A stretch of 64,000 nucleotides of DNA from Squalus acanthias (Eukaryota): the NCBI GenBank assembly GCA_030390025.1, contig CM059432.1:95916001-95980000 (forward strand), read 5' to 3'. The translations under genes and the position numbers were made by a program. Shown one piece after another: positions 36,190 through 45,702 of this stretch. The notes under the pieces are model-generated. The model saw only the letters and a program-made list of their open reading frames with translations, did not search any database and was not told the DNA's origin. Each line of letters opens with the position of its first letter. Positions within the stretch are counted from its first letter, which is position 1.

Positions 36190-37624
36190 TGTAGGGGGTG
36201 GTGGTTTGTGTCAGCTTCACCTCTGTCTTCTGAGCGGTTTGAATCGCTCCCACTCCCTTGGTTCTAGACCTTGGACTTATTTGGGGGTTGTGATAAAAAG
36301 TGCAGCAGACAACTGGTTTTGATGCAAGAACTTTGATCTTTATTCAAGAAAGTAAAACACAACACAAACACTCTTAACACTCTAAAAGTGGGGAACACTT
36401 CGGTACAAGCGAGGGAAATAACATTAAAAAGAATACTTCACCCCTCCCAATCCCACTTCACTAGCTAGGTTGGATTCCAGAGGACCAGGGATGATACTCA
36501 CCAGAATCCTTGAGTTAAGTTAGTTCGCTGTTTTGGGGTTCACTCTATATGTTGGTTGGTGTCTGCCGTACCCGTACGCGATAGAGGACTTCAACTGCGT
36601 ATCTGGTCAGTCTTCGCGAGTCCGCTGATGCGGTAGGGTGCGTATTGGATCTATCAGGTGAGTACCCACTTTCTTTAGTTTAGAAGTAGGGTTTAGAGTT
36701 TTTTAAGGGAAAATCTTACCCAGGGGTAAGTCAGGAGTAGATTGTAGAGTAGAAACTTTGCGATTCTTCGGGTTTTCTTCGAGTTGGTTTTCTTTGGTCG
36801 CTGTAGCCCAATTGTTGATACTTGGTGTTTAGTTGGTTGTTTCGTGAGGGCCTTGTTGCCGTGAGGTGTCCGGTGGTCACTGAGGCGGTTGTTCTGGGTT
36901 CTTCTTGTGTCAGCCTATTTTTTTTGGATGGTCTGGCCTGCGAGCTGTCGACCTCCTGGCTGGACACGGAACACTGAACGGTGTTGGTTTTTTAGAACTG
37001 TGTTGCGGAGAATGCCTCCGTTGATGTCTTCTTGTTCTTCCTTCCTCTTCTTCTTTTCAGGTTGAGAACGGGCCTTCAATTATACCCATTGAAGGTTCCT
37101 TATCTGCGTGCCAAATCAGGTCTCGGTCTTTGTTAGTTTTGGCGGGCTCGTTATCTGTAACTGGTTTGCTAAGGTGTGAAGTGGTTCCGGGATGGCCCCA
37201 TCCCGTTGATGTGCCACTTAATCGGAGTTTGATCGTTCTTATGTTTTGGGTTTTCTTGGCTGGGCCTATGATTTCTATGGAGTAAGCCGAAGTAATTTGT
37301 TTTATGCATGTCTTAATGGGCTCTGTAGCTTGGGGTGGAGACCGTTTTCCTCGGGTTTATTGTTAGGATGCTAATGTCTGATAGGGGCCGATTTACACTC
37401 CCAGCGAGATCATGCGGTTCCCCAGACAGTTCCCATTAGCTCCAATACCCAAACGGCTTTTACAGAGGTTGAACCCACCTTCATTCACAGCCTTTTCTCC
37501 CTGACAAGCCCAGACATGTTTTCTCAAAATCCTTTGGTTAGGCTCAATGCAATTCACTACCCTGTTTCCTTAGGGTTTGTCTTCGAGTTTTGGGGGATCT
37601 GTGAAGAATTTTGAGAATCTTACA
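36190..37624 (-). mobile_element. Long solo LTR (1435 bp), diverged relative of copies A and C, copy B
   Basis: TGTA...TACA ends; TSD AGTG (36186-36189 / 37625-37628) inside HARBI1; AATAAA on - at 36339-36344; shares the hairpin and GGTTCTA...TGGACTTA block with 6360-6410. Confidence 0.8.
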
Positions 37625-37706
37625 AGTGTTGGGGTTGTGGAGGGGAGTCATGAGCCAGGTGGAGAGCGGATAGCCCTTGTCTCCGAGCAGCCACCTTTGA
37701 GCTTGA

Positions 37707-39116
37707 CAAATTTGCTGGAGTTCTTTGAGGAAGTAACATATAGAGTGGATAAAGGGGAACCAGTGGACGTAGTGTATTTAGACTTCCAAAAGGCATTTGA
37801 CAAGGTGCCACACAAAAGATTATTGCTTAAGGTAAAAAATCACGGGATTGGGGGTAATATTCTGGCATGGATAGAGATTGGCTATCTAACAGAAAGCAAA
37901 GAGTTGGGATAAATGGTTCATTCTCAGAATGGCAATCAGTAACTAGTGGTGTTCCACAGGGGTCAGTGCTGGGTCCCCAACTCTTTACAATCTATATTAA
38001 CGATTTGGAGGAAGGGACCAAGTGTAACATATCAAAATTTGCAGATGATACAAAGATGGGTTTGGAAAGTAGTGAGTGAGGAGGACATAAAAAACCTGCA
38101 AGGGGACATAGACAGGCTAAGTAAGTGGGCAGAGATTTGGCAGATGGAATACAACACTGGAAAGTGTGAGGTGATGCACTTTGGCAGGAAAAATCCTAGA
38201 GCAATTTATTATCTTAATGGCAAGAAACTGGAGAGTACTGAAGTGCAAAGGGATCTGGGGGTCCTGGTGCACGAAACTCAAAAGGTTAGTATGCAGGTGC
38301 AGCAAGTGATTAAGAAGGCAAATGGAATGTTGGCTTTCATTGCTAGGGGGATATAATATAAAAATAGGGAGGTATTGCTTCAGTTGTACAAGGTATTGGT
38401 GAGACCGCACCTGGAATACTGCATACAGTTTTGGTGTCCTTACTTAAGGAAAGACATCCTTGCTCTCGAGGCAGTGCAAAAAAGGTTCACTCGGTTAATC
38501 CCGGGGATGAGGGGGTGGTCATATGAGGAGAGGTTGGGTAGATTGGGACTCTACTCATTGGAGTTCAGAAGAATGAGAGGCGATCTTATTGAAACATATA
38601 AGATTGTGAAGGGGTTGGATCGGGTGGATGCGGGGAGGATGTTCCCGATGACGGGTGAGACTAGAACTAGGGGACATAGTCTTAGAATAAGGGGCTGCTC
38701 TTTCAAAACTGAGATGAGGAGGAACTACTTCACTCAGAGGGTGGTAGGTCCATGGAATATGCTGCCACAAAAAGCTGTAGAAGCTACATCATTAAATAAA
38801 TTTAAAACAGAAATAGACAGTTTCCTAGAAGTAAAGGGCATTAAGGGTTACGGGGAGCGGGCAGGAATTTGGACATGAGTCTAGGTTCGGATCGGTCATG
38901 GCCCTGTGGGTAGTGGAGCGGGCCCAGGGACCGTGTAGCCTGATTCTGCTCCTATTTTGTGTGTGCAATTCTGTTAGATGCAGGAGATGGTTCTGTGATA
39001 GATAGTAGATTGGCGGTTAGGATCAGATCAGCCATGATCTTATTGAATGGCGGAGCAGGCTCGAGGGGCCGATTGGCCTACTCCTGCTCCTATTTCTTAT
39101 GTTCTTATGTTCTTAC
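37707..39116 (+). mobile_element. CR1 LINE 3' fragment flanked by a 133-bp direct repeat
   Basis: [13 protein letters not shown] through LEFRRMRGDL; tail (TTCTTATG)n. Confidence 0.92.
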
Positions 39117-39789
39117 GGTTTGTCTTCGAGTTTTGGGGGATCTGTGAAGAATTTTGAGAATCTTACAAGTGTTGGGGTTGTGGAGGGGAGTCATGAGCCA
39201 GGTGGAGAGCGGATAGCCCTTGTTTCCGAGCAGCCACCTTTGAGCTTGATGTGGGGGCTGGAAGAGTGCTGGCACACCGGTCTGGCGCAGGATGAAGGCA
39301 TCGTGGCTGCTGCCAGGATAGTGGGCATTGATATTAAGGATTTGCTGTGTGTGGTCGCACACCAACTGCACATTAAGTGAATGGTAGCTTTTGCAGTTAC
39401 GGAAGATCTCAGGATTGTTATGCGGTGCCCGCAAAGCCACGTGGGTGCAGTCAATGGCACCCTGCACTGTGCCGAATCCTGCTATCCTGGCAAAGCCACA
39501 TGCATGATTGTCCTGCTTCTCTCTGGTAATCGGGAAGCCAATGTAGTCCCTTCTCCTGCTGTAGAGAGCCTAAGTAACCTCCCGGATGCAGCGATGGATG
39601 GAAAACTGTGAGATGTTAGCTATGTCTCATGTTGCACACTGAAAGGATCCGCTGGCAAAGAAATTGATGGCCACAGTAACCTTGACTGCCAGTGGGAGAA
39701 CCGTGGTCACCCTGGTCTGAGACTGGAGTTCTGGTTGCAGGAGGTGGCAGAGTTCTGTGACCACCTCCTTGGTGAAGCGAATCCTTCTA

Positions 39790-41845
39790 ATAGAAACATA
39801 GAAACATAGAAACATAGAAAATAGGTACAGGAGTAGACCATTCGGTCCTTCGAGCCTGCACCGCCATTCAATGCGTTCATGGCTGAACATGCTACCTCAG
39901 TACCCCATTCCTGCTTTCTCGCCATACCCCTTGATCCCCTTAGTTGTGAGTGTTATATCTAACTCCCTTTTGAATATATTTAGCGAACTGGCCTCAACAA
40001 CCTTCTGTGGAAGAGAATTCCATAGATTCACCACTCTCTGGGTGAAGAAGTTCCTCCTCAGCTCAGTCCTAAATGGCTTCCCCTTAATCCTTAGACTGTG
40101 ACCCCTGGTTCTAGTTTTCCCTACCATTGGGAACATTCTGCCTGCATCTAATTTGTCTAAACCAGTCAGGATTTTAAATGTCTCTATAAGATCCCCCCTC
40201 ATTCTTCTGAACTCCAGAGGATACAAGTTCAGTTGACCCAATCTTTCTTGATATGTCAGTCCGGCCATCCCAGGAATCAATCTAGTGAACCTTCGCTGCA
40301 CTCCCTCAATAGCAAGAATGTCCTTCCTTAAGTTAGGAGACCAAAACTGCGCACAATACTCCAGGTGTGGCCTCACCAAGGCCCTGTACAACTGTAGCAT
40401 CACCTCCCTACTCCTGTACTCAAATCCCCTTGCTATGAAGGCCATCATTCCGTTTGCTTTCTTGACTGCCTGCTGCACTTGCATTCCCACCTTCAGTGAC
40501 TGATGTACCATGACGCCCAGGTCTCGTTGCACGTCCCCTTTCCCTAATCTGCCACCATTCAGGTAATAGTCCGCCTCTCTATTTTTACCACCAAAGTGGA
40601 TAACCTCACATTTATCCACATTGTACTTCATCTGCCATACATTTGCCCATTCACCCAACCTGTCCAAGTCACTCTGTAGCCTCCTAGCATCCTCCTCATT
40701 GTTCACACTGCCTCCCAATTTAGTGTCATCCGCAAATTTGGAGATATTACATTTAATCCCTTCGTCCAAATCATTAATATATAATGTAAACAGCTGGGGT
40801 CCCAGCACCGAACGCTGCGGTACCCCGCTGGTCACTGCCTGCCATTCTGAAAAGTACCCATTTACTCCTACTCTTTGTTTCCTGTGTGCCAACCAGTTCT
40901 CAATCCACGTCAACACATTACCCCCAATCCCATGTGCTTTAACTTTGCTCACCAATCTCTTGTGTGGGACCTTGTCGAAGGCCTTCTGAAAGTCCAAGTA
41001 CACCACATCTACTGGTTCCCCCCTGTCCACCCTATTGGAAACATCCTCAAAAAATTCCAGAAGATTTGTCAAGCATGATTTCCCTTTCACAAATCCATGC
41101 TGACTTGGACCTATCATGTCGCCACTTTCCAAATGGTCTGTTATGACATCTTTAATAATTGCTTCCATCATTTTACCCACGACCGATGTCAGGCTGACCG
41201 GTCTATAATTCCCTGCTTTCTCCCTCCCTCCTTTTTTAAAAAGAGGGGTTACATTGGCCACCCTCCACTCCATCGGAACTGATCCAGAGTCTAAGGAATG
41301 TTGGAAAATGATCGTCAATGCATCCACTATTTCCAAGGCCACCTCCTTAAGTACTCTGGGATGCAGACCATCAGGCCCCGGGGATTTTTCAGCCTTCAGT
41401 CCCATCAATTTCCCCAATACCTTTTCCCGACTAATAAGGATTTCCCTCAGCTCCTCCCTCTTACCAGATCCTCTGACCCCTTTTATTTCCGGCAGGTTGT
41501 GTGTGTCCTCCACAGTAAACACCGAACCAAAGTACTTGTTCAATTGATCAGCCATTTCCTTGTTCCCCATTACGACTTCCCCTGTTTCCGACTGCAGGGG
41601 ACCTACGTTTGTTTTTACTAACCTCTTTCTTTTTACATATTTATAGAAGCTTTTGCAGTCCATTTTAATGTTCTCTGCAAGCTTCCTTTCATATTTTATT
41701 TTCCCTGCCCTAATCAAACCCTTCGTCCTCCTCTGCTGAGTTTTGAAGTTCTCCCAGTCACCGGGTTTGCTGCTACTTCTGGCCAATTTGTATGCAACTT
41801 CCTTGGTTTTAATACTATCCCTGATTTCCCTTGTTAGCCATGGTC
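39790..41845 (-). mobile_element. Young 5'-truncated CR1 LINE
   Basis: Uninterrupted 629-aa RT ORF (39897-41786); tail (TTTCTATG)n; inserted in HARBI1 between ..EEQ and CIRR.. Confidence 0.95.
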
Positions 41846-42681
41846 ACTGCTCCTCGCTTAATTGAAGTTAGGAGAAGTGCTCTTGGAATACCCTTGGAGG
41901 GTAAGGCCTCCTGTTGAGAGCCCTGATGGCCCTCCTCCTCCCTCTGCGCAAATATCCCCGTATTTCTCGCTGCCTATGCTCCCTCTGCCATATTTACTGG
42001 AGGGCGAGGTGGCCAGTACAGCCTCCAGTAATTTTACCAAGTGTAGCAGTTTGAATCTATGAAGAATAAATGTAGCTATTTTTTAATTGCCAGAAGACTC
42101 CTGATACAAAAGAACCTTAAATTATTGAATGAAACTGTTGCAGTGGGTGAAATTAACAAAAAAACACTGAAACTGCACTAACCTGACAGCTACGAGTGAT
42201 TACTGATGATCCCTTTAAATAATGTCCCTGGAGCCAGCTTCCTGGTGCTGCATGCCAGCTCTCCCTGTCGGTGTTTACTTCAGGCGGTGAGGTAGGTGGC
42301 GAGAATCAATTTTGCAAATCGGGCAGTCAGTGAGCATTGCACACTCACTGATGTCACGATCTGCCTGGCATTGACGTTCTCGGCAATACCTCTTACCTGC
42401 GGTGCTACGGGGGGGCGGGGGAGGCAGATTTAGTGTGCGGCGCTGGATTTGCCTTGCCCCGGCGAGACTGGTGTAGCGCCCCATTAGCGGCATCTACTGG
42501 CGCTAACGGGAGGCGCTAAGGGGATGATTTTCCCCCCCAAAGTGCTGTAGATGGAAAGGCTTGGAAATATCAGAAAAGGGCCGAATTATTTGTGTTGGAT
42601 TTGTCAGCTTTCCAGATTTTGCATAAACACAACCTTCAGTGCATGCTGGGGAAAGTAAATAGCCCCTTGATCCATCCAAAC

Positions 42682-43052
42682 AGGAATTTTAGTGTTAAGT
42701 TCAGCCACTCTGTGCAGCACAAAGATTTCCTAATACATGTGCCTACTTTTTTGTGTTTTCTTTAATGAATTTTATCAAAAAGCAAATATGTGTTTATTCA
42801 GATCAAAAATTAAACAGGATGCTCGCAATCAGCAAACGCTGTGTTTACTGAGCAAAACAAATTTTCTAAGGAACAAATAAAATATGTTAAAAAAATAATA
42901 ACCCCATCAATCTTCATAAGATATAATGCAGGGAGCTAATGTTCATCATTAGCCCAATTCTCAACACCTCCCCCAATTGAACTTGGTTCAGCCACAAGTA
43001 TTAGGAAATCTCTGCGCTGCCCAGAGTGGCTGAACTTAACACTAAAATTCCT
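42682..43052. repeat. ~60-bp inverted repeat pair around an AT-rich core (MITE-like)
   Basis: 42682-42741 is the reverse complement of 42993-43052 with about 4 mismatches. Confidence 0.75.
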
Positions 43053-43155
43053 CAGTACGAGGTCCCTTGCTCTCAGTACGAGGTCCCTTGCTCTCAGTAC
43101 GAGGTCCCTTGCTCTCAGTACGAGGTCCCTTGCTCTCAGTACGAGGTCCCTTGCT
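43051..43155 (+). repeat. Perfect 21-bp tandem repeat x5 (CTCAGTACGAGGTCCCTTGCT) at a CR1 5' end
   Basis: Seen directly; the unit corresponds to the CR1 (G)SVLGPLL codons. Confidence 0.95.
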
Positions 43156-44130
43156 TTTTGTGGTATACATCAATGGTTTAGATTTCAATGTAGGGGGCAT
43201 GATTAAGAAGTTTGCAGATGATACAAAAATTGGCCGTGTGGTTGATAGTGAGGAAGTAAGCTATAGTCTACAGAAAGATATCAATGGAATGGTCAGGTGG
43301 GCAGAAAAGTGGCAAATAGAATTCAATCCTGAGAAGTGTGAGGTAATGCATTTGGGGAGGGCTAACAAGGCAAGGGAATACACAATAAATGGTAGGATAC
43401 TGAGAAGTGTAGAGGAACAGAGGGACCTTGGAGTGCATGTCCACAGATCCCTGAAGGTAGCAGGACAGGTAGATAAGGTGGTTAAGAAGGCATACGGGAT
43501 ATTTTCCTTTAATAACTGAGGCATAGAATATAAGAGCAGGGAGGTTATGCTTGGACTGTATAAAATACTAGTTAGCCTACAGCTAGAGTACTGATACAGT
43601 TCTGGTCACCACTGTACTGGAAAGATGTGATTGCACTAGAGATGGTACAGAGGAGATTTATGAGGATGTTGCCAGGACTGGAGAATTTTAGCTATGAGGA
43701 AAGATTGGATAGGCTGGTGTTGTTTTCTTTGGAACAGAGGAGACTGAGGGGAGACTTGAATGAGGTGTATAAAATTATGAGGGGCCTAGATAGAGTGGGT
43801 AGGAAGGACCTATTTCCCCTAGCAGAGAGGTGAATAACCAGGGGGCATAGATTTAAAGTAATTGGTAGAAGGATCAGAGGGAAGTTGAGGAGAACTATTT
43901 TCACCCCGAGAGTGGTGGGGTCTAGAACTCACTGCCTGAAAGGGTGGTAGAGGCAGAAACACGCATCGCATTTAAAAAGTACTTCGAGATGTACTTGAAG
44001 TGCCGTAACCTACAAGGCTATGGACCAAGAGCTGGAAAGTGGGATTATCTCTTTTTCAGCCGGCACAGACACGATGGGTCGAATGGCCTCCTTCTGCGCT
44101 GTAAATTTCGATGATTCTATGATTCTATTT
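43051..44130 (+). mobile_element. CR1 LINE 3' fragment
   Basis: KFADDTK, EQRRLRGDL; tail GATTCTATGATTCTAT. Confidence 0.9.
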
Positions 44131-44832
44131 TGATGCAAACACCTGAAGGTGATTTCTATGTTGGTATTGCCGGTACATAAGAGACAATTAACTATTGTCT
44201 GCATCAAAAAAGGGAAACTGGCTCCATGCAACAAGCCCACAATGCTGCATGCCAAAATTAATGTTTCCAGGTTTTATTAAATTAAACTGTAATTTTGGGA
44301 TTCAATTTTTGGGGTAATTATCCCTTTTAACCCTAAAATCTGAAAATGTATTAGTTCTGCATTGCCATCCAATCTCTCAATGTGTAATTTCCCCATTCTG
44401 GATTTCCTGACTGTTTGATGAAGTGGGTGGCAGCCAGTGGCCAGGAGGGTTCCTAACACAGAGAATGGGCTGTACAGAAAATTACAGATTTTTAAATTCA
44501 TAAATGCCTGTTGTTGGCTTGCAGAAGTCATACTGAAAATTTTAAATTCTTGACTTTTACTGATCAAATTTTGATAGTACTATATATTTTGGACAGTGTC
44601 ACAGATGTAAGATTGCTGCAGTTAGGACCGAAAGGGTTTTTCTCATTTTAAATTATGTTTATATTTTTCAAATGTTTGCAGTACCATTATGTACCTGATG
44701 GTGACACTGCTGAGCTTGTGGAGGTCAACTTTTCAACAGCATATTCAGGTGATACTTCATCGTTTCGCAATCCTGATTTCCAAGCTTTGTATTTTTAATT
44801 CCGTTTTTTTTTACTGCCCAATTTATTTTCAT

Positions 44833-45402
44833 ACCACACCTGGAGTATTGTGTACAGTTTTTGTCTCCTTACCTAAGAAATTATATACTTCCTATAGTGG
44901 GAGTGCAACGAAGGTTCACCAGACTGATTCCTGTGATGGGGGGATTGTCCTATGAGGAGAGCTGGAGTAGACTAGGCCTATATTCTCTCGAGTTTAGAAG
45001 AATGAGAGGTGATCTCATTGAAACATACAAAATTCTTACAGGGCTTGACAGGGTAGATGCAGGGAGGATGTTTCCCCTGGCTGGGGAGTCTAGAACCAGG
45101 GGTCATAGTCTCAGAATAAGGGGTCAGCCATTTAGGACTGAGATGAGGAAAAATGTCTTCACTCAGAGGGTGGTGAATCTTTGGAATTCTCTACCCCAGA
45201 GGGCTGTGGAGGCTCAGTTGTTGAGTACCTGTATATTCAAGACAGAGATCGATAGATTTTTGGATATTAAGGAAATCAAAGGATTTGGGGATAGTGCAGG
45301 CAAGTGGAGTTGAGGTAGAAGATCAGCCATGATCTTATTGAATGGTGGAGCAGGCTCGAGGGGCCAAATGGCCTACTCCTGCTCCTATTTCTTATGTTCT
45401 TA
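44833..45402 (+). mobile_element. CR1 LINE 3' fragment
   Basis: LEFRRMRGDLIETYKIL; tail TTCTTATGTTCTTA. Confidence 0.9.
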
Positions 45403-45702
45403 CTATAATATCAAACTATACCACAATTCTCAGACATATTTAAAATATATATGGTTTTGTTAATCAAGTTTTACAGAAGTGTATTTTTAACTACTTAAAG
45501 TTGCTTAACCCTACAATGTATTTACTCTACAATTAAAATAACCTGCTCTGAAAAATATTTGGATAAAAAGTGATTCCACTTACCAAATATAAAATTTCAA
45601 AATAATAACCCAATCACATTTGATTCATCTATAAATTGATTATTTTCATGTCTGAACGCAAAACAGCACAAAACTTATTTTAAAATAATTTAATCAAGAT
45701 TT

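Larger units (their letters stand above)
34882..42538. mobile_element. Harbinger transposon (truncated Myb/SANT on +, HARBI1 on -) with three nested insertions
   Basis: Left TIR GGGGCTAGAAATT; RAHRFSDEALEVLV...QCRKQFNDL. HARBI1 pieces at ~41846-42030, 39250-39790 (GAIDCTHV), 37629-37706 and 35844-36189 rejoin colinearly with 163-1280. Confidence 0.85.

Noticed and set aside
43051..43155. CRISPR-like array
   Set aside because: Perfect head-to-tail repeat with no spacers, derived from CR1 coding sequence in eukaryotic DNA.
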